From Paragordius varius (Eukaryota; Animalia; Nematomorpha), in assembly GCA_964247055.1 (NCBI GenBank), contig OZ176054.1, positions 2,542,001 to 2,606,000 on the forward strand: DNA of 64,000 nucleotides, written 5' to 3'. Both the position numbers and the translations under genes were made by a program. The notes under the pieces are model-generated. The model ran no database searches. It had not been told where the DNA came from and saw only the letters and a program-made list of their open reading frames with translations. This document shows, in pieces, positions 51,941-64,000 of this stretch; position 1 is the first letter of the stretch; the number at the start of each line of letters is the position of its first letter.

Positions 51941-53780
51941 ATTATGTTGTTTTGATTCATTGCACACATGGTTTTGCAGAAATTTATAAACTATTATTTA
52001 GATTTATGGTATATATATGAATATATAAATATATATGAAGTTATCATTTACTGTTGTCATACTTGGTGGTTAGCCTTTGTTGGCCTTCTATGATTAAAGT
52101 GTTTTGCAACTTGGCCAAAGATTTCATAATGCTAAATATCAAATTTGTATATAAGAGTACATTTTGGGGATTTTAAGTTAGCACTTAATTACCGTCCGAA
52201 GAAGCTTTCTAGCCCAGAGCCATTTTTAATTTAAATTTTTTTAAAAATGGGACAAATTTAAAATAGGCATTCTATGGCCCTGGCACATAAAATAAAAAAT
52301 GTTATATAACTGCCGCATAAACAATGTTTGGTGCCTGTTGTTAGCGATTTTAGCTGCGAAAAGAGATAGGGATTCCTACAAATTACATTTTTTACTTTTT
52401 TTATATTTGGCCGAAAAGGCATATGCACGTATAAAATTGGTACAACATGAATAATAGTTTAGTTTGTTATAAATAATGTAACGAAATGTTTAAAATTACC
52501 CAAATTCCTATATAAAATTAAGATATGTACTAATTTACGAATATAAAATTGGATAATATGGCTAATAATAATGAATAGGGTGAAGAATAAAACAATCTAA
52601 ACGATAATCATGTAAAAAATTAAGCTTTCATAAGGACAAATTGTGTGCTGAATGATATGTGTTAAAATAGGATTTAATTAGATGATTAAATAACAATATC
52701 CACTATAAATCATATGATAATATTCCCTTTTATTGGCAATGTAGGTAACTACTGTATTAATTAATGTTTCCTGGTGGTTATTCGCTTGCAGAAATAATAT
52801 TTTGAGTCTTTAAGCGTATAAGATCTTATCTTTCGTAGATTTAAATTAGGGTTCTTAATATATCAATCTTTAATTCTAATAAATTTGGACCATAATATAT
52901 TGCCATCAGTAGGTTAATCTCAAAAAAAGTCTGTACCAAGTTAGTTCCTGTCTATCAATAACGTTTGATCGGTGTGCGACCGATATGGCAAAAATATATA
53001 AATGGGATTGGTTATCTTAGTGAGCGTTGATAATTTTAAGGTTAGTTTAGACAGTTTCCAATTTAATGTTGGCAAGTTTTACAGTTTAACTTTAAGACGT
53101 GTCCAGGACAAAACTCTACATGATTACTGTTGAAAAATCACACGTTATTGCCATTTGTGATATTTTTTGTCAGGGATACGTATTCCGGATTGATGCAACG
53201 CCATCCCACACTCTCAACTCCCTTTTATCTTAATTGAAGGCCCATTGATGAGTCAGAAGACTTTGGGAAACGTGTGCCCTGGATGATTTGCGCATAATGT
53301 ATCTTTAAAAAACTTTGAATGGTTTTGAGTGCTCAAAACTTATGCCTCTTGCATTCCTTTAAATTGACCCCCTACATTTTGAGTTTTAGTAGTGCGTGCG
53401 TAATTAATTCGTTGCCTGATTGCATCTTCCACCTTCTCTTTTTTATGTATTCTAACAGACGATATTGTCCCAATAAGGGGAAATAATTTGCAAGGTTAGG
53501 ACTCTTCGATTTTTCCTCATAGTGTCGTGAGTGTTTCGTAGATGGCACACTTTTCAGCTGCCTCTTATATTTGACATCATGCATGTCCTTGTTATACTCA
53601 ACCTTTTGTCATCATATTTTTGAGATGTTAGATGTCCGCTATCAATGGTAATTCCCTCCCATTCGTTCGTTATAAAGTTATTTTTGCAAAGGCAATCATA
53701 CATGTATCCGCTTAAAAAAATTGGTTTTTAAACCCGATAAAAATATTTTATAACAGAATCTGTAATTTTAGATAAAATAC

Positions 53781-56700
53781 TTTTGAGTAGGAATATCTTG
53801 GTGTTCCAATGCCTTAATCATTGTATCCATCCATAATAAATTAGTACACATATCGTGACTTACTATCATTTGATCGTGTTTAAGTTGTTTAAATATAGGT
53901 TGGATCTTTTCATGAAAATTTTGTCCAAATTTTTCTGCATTCTATGATAAATATTATATGTGATAAACTTGTATTTCGTTTGAAGTCATAGAATTTTTGT
54001 GCTTTGATAAAAGTTTGCGTTTTCGTTCCTCTTTTATTCTTTGACTGTCTAATTCCTGTTGCTCCTATTTTAATTTACATATACAGTAAAAATTGAAATT
54101 ATACGGACAAAATGTGAAAATATAAATACAAATATTTTTTTCCAAAATACAACCATATTTTTAATCTTGATTTTTTTAATTATAACTCATTGTTTTAAAC
54201 TACAAAGTTTATAGATTGCTAATTGGCAGAACAATCAATTATGTATTTTACCATTGTAATTAAAGGTTTTCACACGATAAATAAAGGTTTAAAAAAGTGT
54301 GGTTATCTTTTGAAAAAAATTGTTATTTACATTTTGTCCGTATAATTTCAATTTTTACTGTATCTTTTTAACGAACCAATATTTTGTTGATAATTAAAAT
54401 TAACAAAAAATGGTTGATATTATTAATAAAACCATAATTTTGTAAACTTTAATTTGATTAATATACTTATTTATAATAAAGGTTTCGATAAAACTAATTG
54501 ATATGTAAATTTTTAACATACTCAATTTTATTAACCATCATTCCGTGATATAATGTTTGAACGAAAATTAAACTGAAAATTAAATTTTAATTTAAACTGA
54601 AAATACTCTTGATAAGCACAAAACTAGTCTGCCATTATTATTGAATAAGTTTCATTGATATAACTTTGTAATTACAGTATTTTTGTTAATATTATTTTAC
54701 GGTTTTAAAGATTGTTATAAATACAATTCTCTAATCCTATAAGTTAAATCAAGAATTAATTAAATCTTTATAGTTTGTTTTTATAAATTTTCATAGAACC
54801 TGAACCATTAAAATTATTTGAGTAGAACCAAAAACAGCTTAATTTTAAAAATATGCGATAAATTTCTGTACTCGGTGAGCGGTCAAAGCATTATTAATGT
54901 TCATCACTATAACGCCCGTAAATATATTCATCAGCACGAAATTTCCAATGACGACAGCTACGATAGAAAATGGGCGGCTATACCTTGAGCTAGTCCTATC
55001 TAATTCATCCTGGATGTCTGACCAACCTTCAGCCTGTTAATTAATTACAAATCATTCTTTATTCATTAAAAAATTTTTGGTTATCGGTAAAGAATAGTCG
55101 ATATTATAAAATCGAACCATCTAAAATATTAGCAATCACCTTATATCGGTAAACAAATACCGTTATCATAAAATCGAGGGATCCAAAAATTTAAGAAATC
55201 AGATTTTTTTAAATAAATTAATTATTTACAGTAAAAATTGAAATTATACGGACAAAACGTAAAAATATAAAGACAATATTTTTTTTCAAAAGATACCATA
55301 CTTTTTAAAACCTTAATTTATCCTAAAAAATCATTTACTTTCAATTGTAAAATAAATAATTGCTTGCTTTACCAATTTACATATCTATTTCGTACTTTGC
55401 AGTTCAAAACAATGTTGTATTTAAAAAAACTAAGGTTTAAAAGTATGGTTGTATTTGAAAAAAGAACGTTTGTCGTTATATTTTTACATTTTGTCCGTAT
55501 AATTTCAATTTTTACTGTAAATAAGGTTAAAAATTTGTTCTAGGGATTTTTGATGATGATTCTTATATGCCATAAAATATAATATGATTTATTATTTAAT
55601 ATTTTGAGATGGTGATATAATTGAAATAAGAATTAAGAAATAATCCATAGAAGTAAAATAGTTTGGCATACTATAACAAACGACGGATCTCAACATTAAA
55701 TTAAAAGGCTAGTTGAGAATCACAATGAAAAGGAATAAGTAGTAATTAGTAGATGTAGAGAACTTTTGATAAAGTCTTTGTGGCAAAAATGTGTTAAATG
55801 GTTTATGAAAAAGCCATTGCACATCTATCTCCTTTAAAATTATAACCAAACATAGATTAGATGTTTTTGCAATAAAAAGCTCTTACGAAGGTTCATCACT
55901 TACGCTATTTCATAAGGTGGCAAAAATTGTTGACTGAAAGTTAGGTTGGTGTTTATGCATACAGACGGAATAATTATTATATTCGATTAGCTAGTTTAGC
56001 TAAAATAAATTGCATATGATAATGAATAAATAAGATTTATAAACTAAAGTAAAAATGGATGGCTCAAATCAGAAATTTCAGCAGTTGGATCGCTAATATT
56101 GGGGGGTAATATGGTTACTGATATAAATTCCGTGGAGGTAATTAATTGAATTAGTAAAATTAAACTTATTGTGTGACAGAAATATCTTATCTCAGATCTG
56201 CTTATCACAATATTTATTTCACAGAAGGCTACATCAAGGAATTCGAATTAAGCTTTAATTTTACAGAAACAAAAAAAGAATGATGTGTGGTATCACACAC
56301 GAAAGAACAAAGCCGAATGGATATTTGTGAAGACCGGGATGTTTTAACGGACAATGGACGTCCCCTCATAAGGATCCCGATTGTCGGAACATATACATGG
56401 GTCATTATCCGGATCATGAACCTTTTTAAAAAATATATTAAAATATTTTTTGTATTAAAATTTTATTAATTTTAACTATTACAGATATTTGAAAAAATTT
56501 TAACGATAAAATAAATTATTTTTTATTTATTTTTGACACATTAGGAGATTGCGTAAGGACTTTATAAAAAATGCAGCCTATCATGTGAACTCCAAAACCG
56601 GTTAAATTTATTTTGTAAAGTAAATGATTAAAATCTATTTGAAATAAAGGGCTTATTTCCCATATTTTTCTTATGCGGAAAAACAGTGACTGTTGATAAT

Positions 56701-57493
56701 ATTATACAGTTTTTTTGCCATAAACCCTATAAAATAATTGTTGATTTGCGAATGATTAGCAAACTGAGTAAAGGTAAACAGTGTCGCTTCAAGAGTCATT
56801 GATTGAAAAAGTCCAACGTAAAAATCAAATTAATTACTGTTTAATTTTCTAACAAAATATTAGGCAAATATGGCATCATCCACATACCGTTAAATAAGTC
56901 ATCGTAGCAAGAATCGATTCCCACAAGTTTCGCCAATGACCTTCGTGATTGTTCACATGTCCAAAAAGGTAATGGCCCATAATTGCGAAAATGAAGGTGA
57001 ATAAAAATATTATTATTAAAACGTAGACAATGTATTGGGATAGGGTGTTTAACAAGGCCTTCATTAAGATACTCAACTCATCTATACAAGTTATAAGTCT
57101 AAGGGTGCGTAATGTTTTAACGCATCTTATTATAGCTTGAATGTTTTTAATTGCTGTCACTTGTCGTAAATTGGTCCAGGATCGTACAAGGTATATCATT
57201 ATAAAAAGAGTGTTCTGTATGGTAAAGGCCAATAAAACTAAAAAATCAACGATATTATAAATACTGTGCCAATATTGAGTTTGCAACACATATATTTTTA
57301 GCCCGAATTCCAGAATGTATAAAACATAGAAACATACATTGGCTATTATGAAATATAATTTATAGGGCTCTCGATATTTTATATCAGATTCAAAACTAAG
57401 GATCACAGCATTAACTAAAATAAAAAATATAATAAAATTATTAAAGTGTGGAGAGTTAATAATTTCTTCACATGTTTTTCTATAATTAGTCAT
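53781..57493 (-). CDS. CATSPER3: CatSper3-like cation channel alpha subunit (6TM plus coiled coil); last exon unresolved
   Basis: Exons 57493-56888 (ESDIKYR, LKIYVLQTQYWHSIYNIVDF, FIFAIMGHYLFG, HWRNLW...YLT), 55033-54872 (AEGWSDIQDELD...SRPF..V...GNFVLMNIFTGVIVMN), 54064-53969 and 53941-53781 (LKHDQMIVSHDMCTNLLWMDTMIKALEHQD). The last segment aligns with the CatSper3-specific tail LSHTDPMVLDDFGTSLPFIDIYFSTLDYQD of the mammalian protein, recalled from memory. Confidence 0.85.
54084..54360. mobile_element. Tc1/mariner-type MITE (277 bp, TA TSD) in CatSper3 intron 2
   Basis: TA|CAGTAAAAATTGAAATTATACGGACAAAA at the left end and TTTTGTCCGTATAATTTCAATTTTTACTG|TA at the right end. Confidence 0.9.
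55229..55517. mobile_element. Second copy of the same MITE (289 bp) in CatSper3 intron 1
   Basis: Identical 29-bp TIRs and TA TSD. Confidence 0.9.
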
Positions 57494-57903
57494 ATAAAAT
57501 GGATTTTATAATTAAGATATGTATTAAGTTAACAATCGTTATTTGGCATCAATAAAATTTGTTTTTTATCTTTTTATAATTTAACAGTTTATTTTTTTGA
57601 CCGATCTGAACAAATCATGGATTATTTAAAAGTCGAAGAGACTTTCTTAGATTATTTAATTTTAATTTTAGCGACTACTTTTTTGGGTTAGTTTATTACA
57701 CCAGACCTAAATTTATAAATTAATTACTGTTTTAAATGTTTTAGTTAAGATTTGATCATAAATTTTTTCCGTCTTTTAACTTCTAGTGTTCATAATTAAG
57801 ATAGCTCAAAACAGGGCTAAAATACACCTCTTATTTTTTCACACTAAATATCCATAATTTTCTGTTAATTTTTTTTTAAAAGCTTTAAAAATTATAGATT
57901 TTC

Positions 57904-57910
57904 ACTTTTA

Positions 57911-57943
<33 letters not shown>
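57904..57943. repeat. (TA)n microsatellite
   Basis: TA run of about 35-40 bp. Confidence 0.85.
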
Positions 57944-57947
<4 letters not shown>

Positions 57948-57959
57948 CCTCTTGTATTA

Positions 57960-58170
57960 GCCATCAAAAAAATCGGAGATAAAAAAATTGCGGCGAAAAA
58001 ATGTTGAAATGCGTATTTTTTACAATTTACATTATTTAATAATTTCTTTTAATAACATGCGCTTAAAAAGCTAACGAAAGCACATGGCCCAATACCCTCT
58101 TTTAAGGTATTGAATTTTTAATCGCTCTGGGTATAAAACTACCGCAAAAGGTAATGAAGTGTTAATTGGA
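57960..58170. repeat. Partial copy of the 13450-13990 repeat family
   Basis: gcggcgaaaaa..tg...atg and atcgctctgggtataaaactaccgcaaaaggtaatgaagtgttaa match 13790-13990. Confidence 0.6.
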
Positions 58171-59624
58171 TACTTGATTTTTTGAAATATCGATTTTAAT
58201 TTTATTTTTGTTGAGTCCATTTTGTATTTAATTTACTGTCACCCCAACTAAATTAATACTGTACAAAAACAATTGGTACAGTGCCCTTATGTACCTCCCT
58301 CCTCTGATAAAAACATTTATAGCGCCTTAACTAGATCATGTAAAACAAAATGCATTTTTCGATCTTTTAATAGCCAAAAGTTGAGCTTCCCCTAAACTTT
58401 CTTTGTGAGCATGAGCCAATTGTTAAAATGTATCATAATGACGGTTAATTTATTAATATTTAAATAATCATAGCAATATTCGTTTTTAACTATCAAGGAA
58501 TAAGAATAAAATGAAGTATCATTAAAACAGTTAAATTAAACAACGTTTCAGGGCTGGGAGATTAAAAAATAACTTGGGAAAGGAAATGGTCTCTTTTACA
58601 GAAGCTAATATTGAAAGCGATAAAGCAATACTACTGATAAAAACGTGACCAATCAATTTTTAAATTTTGATAGTATTTTTATATTTGACAACTTCTGACT
58701 CGATTTATCCCATCTGTAACATTAATACTCCCAGTCAGTTTCTATATCTGAAAACATGCAATCGATTTATTTTCTGGCATCTACAGTTAAAAGTAAATAC
58801 TCAGTGATTCAAAAAAGCGAATTAGCCTATGTATGAAATGCAATTAATAATATTTCTTAACAAATGGCCCAGGTCCGAGAACTTCCTATTTGAATATAGT
58901 AAATCTTATTTAAAAAAATATCGCAAGTATATAATAAAACGCGGATGTGACCCAATATGCCAGCTCTATCTCAACATTTTAATTTTAGACTGACAAATGA
59001 TCAGACAATACTCAGTTCATGATCATTTTGATTAAAATATATCTTCAGTAACATTGTTGCAAAATGTCTCGAATATTTTATTAATTAGAACTTCACGATT
59101 GACTCACGTATAAAATGTATGTTTTATAAAAAAAACCCTTAAGTAGTCATGTTATAAAAATAAAGGTATGCTATGTTTATTATAATAAAAACTTGGAAAT
59201 TTTAGATATTCGAATTCTAAAATAAAGACTGCTATTTATAGAACCAATATATACCAAAAAATATACTATTATTTTCGCATTTTCATATGTCTATAACATT
59301 TATATATTTATTGTAATAATTACATATATAATTGATGTGATTTTGAACATTCCATATAACTGATAAATGGAGATTGGGTTTTAAATAAAGTAAATTTTTG
59401 ATTTAATATAGTATGTACTATATACAATATGAACAAAGCAAATTAAAATAATTGTAATATGATGATTAATGATGATTTTTTTGTCAAGAGAAGCATTTTC
59501 AAATTTATAATATAAATTAATTATGTTTATATAAGTTAAATAAAAAATAATTATCGCCATTTCGAATTAAACTTCTGCATTAGTCCGCCATAAAAGAATG
59601 TTTTCGCGAAATTTGTATATGGGT

Positions 59625-62600
59625 TTATTGGTTGTCTGTTGCTCCATTCTAAACACATGAATTAAGATTATTAATACAACTAAAAAAACTTTAAGTTAGT
59701 TAATAATTCTTGAATATTAAGTTATGAAATAAACCTGAACAGTGCGAACCATGGATTTTATATCCATATCAAGAATATCATTTTCGGATTCGACATATAA
59801 GCCAAAAGCACAATCAACGTTTCCTGTGTCATTGCTTACGCGACAAATGTAAGCACCTTTAACCAAAAATTAAATATTTTCGACTTAATCAAATAAAACA
59901 GATAATTAATCTGAAACAAATTTTACCCGAATCTGTGGGCATTGTATTTTTGATTGTTAGGAAATATTCTTTACCGTTACTTTCGATGCTATATCGATCA
60001 CCGCTTAACACGCTTCCATCCTTTAGCCATGAAACTAAAATATCGCATATATATATGTATATACAGTATAAAAAATTTTTGAAAGAGAGATTTTCATAAC
60101 TAAACGTAATATAATTTTGTTATACCACTAGCTTCCTGATCCAATTCGATGTTAAAAAGTGCCGGTTGATTTTCTTCAACCGAATATGATTGAGGGAATG
60201 TCAAAAATTGAGGACCAATGATGGGTGCTTCGGGATCTTTATTAGTAATGATATAAATATAATAATTTACCATAAAAATCTCAATAAAAAATTAAAATTA
60301 TATGGGCAGAACGTATAAAGATGAATATTTTTTACAAAAAATAACCATAAACATTAGTTTTCCTATATAATTATTTAAAATGTAAAATATATAATAGATT
60401 GTGTTATTAATCAACTCTATTTTATACTTTGCGATTTAAAACAATTAGTTATAAAAAATCAAGCTTGAAAATGTACTGCAATCTTTTTAACTTTATATTT
60501 GCCCGTTTTGTCCGTATAATTTCAATTTTTACCATAATATACCTTATATGATTAAAATATTATCTAATAAAAATAAAAATTTAAACTAGAATCAAATTTA
60601 ACTTACCTCTCACAAAAAGTGACATATAACTCGAAGATTCTCCCAAGGGATTAAAAGCTTCACAACTTATAATGCCGCTATCTTCGGGGAAAACTTCATT
60701 TAACATTAACCGATAAATATCGCCCTCTTGTTCAAACTTAAAATAAACTCCTTCTTTAAGTTCTTTATCATCTTTGAGCCATGAGACTTCGGGTTTGGGA
60801 TTACCTATTATTTATAACAATTTATATAAATTTATGCAGTTACACACAAGTATTAAAAAAGATAAAAGTCAAAAGTATATAGGGGGAAACATTTTTTATG
60901 ATGTTTTTTCCTTAACACAATTTTGCTGTATATTTTTTTCATTGGATATATATTTTAGCACTTATCTATTCCGGGTGACATGGAAGAAACGGGTTATATA
61001 GGTTGTACTTGATTATATAATTGATTTAGTTGAAAACAGGAAAAATATTAAATATAATCATCCAATTTTATATTTTTCAACAACCAATTTTGCTTATCCT
61101 GAAATAAACAAAAAACAAAAAAGGAAAAAAAATACCGATAATACGGCATTCAATAGGTATGCGTTGTCCATCGGAGACATATCGACTTTGCAAATGCATC
61201 ACAAATTTTGGTGGGCTCTCAACAAAAACTGAGGTAGATGGTTCCTCATCTAACGTTCGTTCTTCGTTGGTGTAACCTTATAAGAAAAAAATAAAGATTT
61301 TTATTTATCTCAGTAAATTTTTAATGCAAAATAACTGAATCCCTAACTAAATTTTTGAATAAGATTAAAAAGGGGAATAATAATATTAATTAATTACTTT
61401 CAACTCGTAAATAACTTGCCGTTTCGACCAAACCTTCCGAGTTTTGGGCACGGCAAATATATAAACCCTCATCTTCAGGGAATATTTCTACTATGCCAAG
61501 AGTGCAAACGCCTTGTTTAGTTTGTATGTCAATTATTTCACAGTTATGAAGTTCCTATCATTCAGGAAAAAAATAGTTAACATCATATTTGAAGGCTTCG
61601 CAAATTTTCATTAAATTTTTTTTTTCAATCATATACCTTTCCGTCTTTGAGCCAAACTATGTCTGGGGTAGGATTTCCAGTAACTTGACAAGTAAAAAGT
61701 ACTGTCTCACCATCAGTTACAACCATATCATGTAATGGTTCAATAAAAACGGGAGCTACTTTGCCCTCAATAATTTCCGATTTATCCAAAACGGATTTTG
61801 TAGGTTTGAAATCAGAACTCTGTACGGGAAGGGATATAATTGAATCATCTAAAGCAGTTATTTTTGTGTCAGGTAATGCACGAGTTATGCTCGTTTTGGG
61901 TGGAGATCGATCTTTTATTGTGGAAAGGGAGGTATCATACCTTACATTATTTGCCTTTGTGAAAGAATTATTTAATGAAGATGTGCGGATAGAAAGGGAT
62001 GATCTTCGTTTTATCGTTTCGTAATCTGGAAAAGTATTTATATTCACTATAAATCTCTTTCTGCGAAAACCATGATTTTTTATTTAAAATTATAATTTTA
62101 AGCGAAAAATCCCTTTTAAGTTATAACCTGATAAAAAATCACAAAACGCAATTTGCCAAAACGTAAAAGTAAAAAGCGAAAAAATTAATTAAAAATAATT
62201 TATTAAGAAGCTTCTGTTAGATTTTATAAGTAACGAAAAATTTGCTGAAAATTAATTTTACCGTAATCTCTGGATGTGTGCCTGGTATATTTAGATGAAA
62301 GAGCTTCAGTACTTTGAAGCATGGGACTAACCCTGGCAGATCGACTGAAAGATGGGGTTAATGAACCAGCATATCTAAATCCTCGATCACCATCGCCTAA
62401 TGTTGCCGTTAAAAATCGAGAAAATCGACGACCTTTAAACGAACAAAAAATTTTCTATTAAATACCAATTATTTAATATTTTTAAACATTCAAAATATCG
62501 AGTTTTGACACATATTACCTTCAACGATAACATTACATATCGTTTCAGCCTCTCCCAACTGATTAACTGCTGTGCACGAATACTTTCCTGCATCATCTAA

Positions 62601-64000
62601 TGTTGCGTTGGAAACTTCGAGAGAACATACCCCATATAATTGTCTGATAGAATAATGATCGCTTTCATCTAACATGCGACCGTTGTGATGCCATTCAACC
62701 TATTTTTTATCAACGAAAAGAAAATGAATGTTTAAACTAAGTTTTACAGATAGTACATTTTTCAATTTTAAACAAAATAAATAAACCTCGGTCATAATGT
62801 ATGAAACAAATACATGCCTCATTAGACGTATATGTCACTTTTAAACAATTCGGAAACTATCTTTTACAAAAAATAATTAATGCTAATAAAATGTAAACCA
62901 TATTCTAAGAAAGATGGAATAAAAAATAAAAACTAATACCTTAGGTATAGGATTTCCAACCAGGGTGCAAATCAACTTGAAAGCCTGTCCCTCTTGAACA
63001 ACTCTCGGCCTCAAACAAAATGTAAATCTAGGAGGTATTAACTCTTCTCGGTATGAAAAATCAAGATCAGCAAATAATTTTTTGCGATTAAAACGATCTG
63101 TTGCCAAGTTTTGACTAATAAAGCTTTGAGACATTAAGTCCAGCGCGGATTCTGGCAATTTTTCAACGTTTAAAAACACGGTAGCCTCAATTTTACCACT
63201 TTTATTAGTGGCTTGCACAGTGTATTCCCCATGATCACCCGTGGTACATTTTTTAATGTGTAAAATGTGGCGATCTTTTTTAGTTTTTTTCAAATACTTA
63301 ACACTTTGTCTCAGCTCCATGCCTTGACGATACCTAATAAAATTACATAATGAATTTTTAGTTAAAAAAGCCATATGCATTTAAACACTTTTAATTTTTA
63401 TTTTGGGGTTTTCGTATATAATTTAGTCAAAATATTTCATATATATATATATACCAAGAAACGGTAACTGGTGTAGGTGATGATATGGTACAATCGAAAT
63501 CAGCACTTTGTTTTTCCTTAATTGTTACGTCATGAGGTTTGACCAAAAACTTGGGGCCTGCTTCTTTGCGATCTAAATAAATTATTATTATGGAGTTTAA
63601 TTATTTTTGACAGTCAGCTAAATTAATCTCGAAAAAAATGATTGGAAATTAATAACGTACAAAATAAAAATAAAAAATATAATGTTTTATCAAATATAAG
63701 TATATACAATCCATATTAGGGATATTTATTAATGAAAGTAATTACCGAACGTGCTCTCATAAATGTTATATTGATCTGGGTGTAATTTGCATAAAGCGCT
63801 GAAATTAGCAATGATTCCAAGAGCTGGATTAGGTTTAGGCCATAAATCCTAAATTAATTTTATGATTTTAGAAAAAGGATAAAATTTTATTAATTAATTA
63901 ATTATTTAAAAGAATATCTTACATATTTTTTCTCAATATTTTTCCATGTTTTGGCATATTTGGACGATGGTATTCGCTCAGCTCCGCTACGATCCATTTG
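59625..64000 (-). CDS. unc-22: 3' part of twitchin/projectin (giant muscle kinase): kinase regulatory tail plus five C-terminal Ig domains; the gene extends beyond the right edge
   Basis: Exons >64000-63923 (RIPSSKY), 63848-63746 (WPKPNPALGIIANFSAL), 63572-63455, 63333-62940 (ELRQSVKY...GEYTVQA; PRFTFCLRPRVVQ), 62699-62519, 62432-62262, 62025-61637, 61554-61398, 61276-61136, 60804-60607, 60236-60126, 60034-59927, 59856-59735 and 59648-59625. The RIPSS, WP.P.PA.G.IANFS.L and ELRQSVKY motifs match the twitchin kinase tail and the first post-kinase Ig domain. Confidence 0.93.
60290..60535. mobile_element. Degenerate third copy of the CAGTAAAAATTG MITE, in a twitchin intron
   Basis: The right TIR TTTTGTCCGTATAATTTCAATTTTTAC is at about 60505-60532; the left end is eroded. 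Confidence 0.55.

Noticed and set aside
53372-53584. 70-aa ORF downstream of CatSper3 (MHDVKYKRQ...)
   Set aside because: No recognisable homology and no convincing in-phase splice connection.
53760-53780. Possible 21-nt intron (gtattttatctaaaattacag) after CatSper3 exon 4
   Set aside because: The downstream peptide does not clearly match the CatSper3 C-terminus, and a more distal acceptor near 53712 is equally plausible.
56876-56887. Apparent pore filter TVCG in the ORF track
   Set aside because: It is read-through into the intron at ACG|gtatgt; the real filter continues in the exon at 55033 as AEGW.
3236-61024. Many short antisense or alternative-frame ORFs overlapping real exons (for example 3236, 5306, 6883, 22363, 23152, 23818, 32275, 44588, 44703, 51677)
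   Set aside because: They are shadows of genuine coding exons and have no independent motifs or splice support.

Overview
Very AT-rich, intron-containing animal genomic DNA. The twitchin/projectin gene points to a protostome; the exact host cannot be determined from the sequence, and a horsehair worm (Nematomorpha) is only a guess from base composition and Asn-rich proteins. I assembled gene models by hand from GT-AG junctions with phase checks. Minus strand: an Lhx1/5 LIM-homeobox gene (15992->2820, about 851 aa); an unidentified gene with a possible degenerate bromodomain (about 24872->22068); a TDP-43 orthologue with a very long low-complexity tail (46881->35045, about 1,190-1,280 aa); a CatSper3-like channel (57493->about 53780); and the 3' part of twitchin (runs off the right edge, ends 59625). 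Plus strand: an intronless Asteroid/ASTE1 nuclease (32081-34429) and a CWC21/SRRM2-like splicing factor (47041-51940), which lies head-to-head with TDP-43. Mobile DNA comprises a Helitron concatemer, two decayed Mos1-type mariners (one carrying a nested RTE/BovB-like LINE), a Tc1/IS630-like element with long TIRs and several MITE families. The most notable observations are the giant TDP-43 with candidate autoregulatory features, the CatSper3 with a TAEGW selectivity filter, 26-27 nt introns, and the multi-headed Helitron. No rRNA, tRNA or CRISPR array was found.
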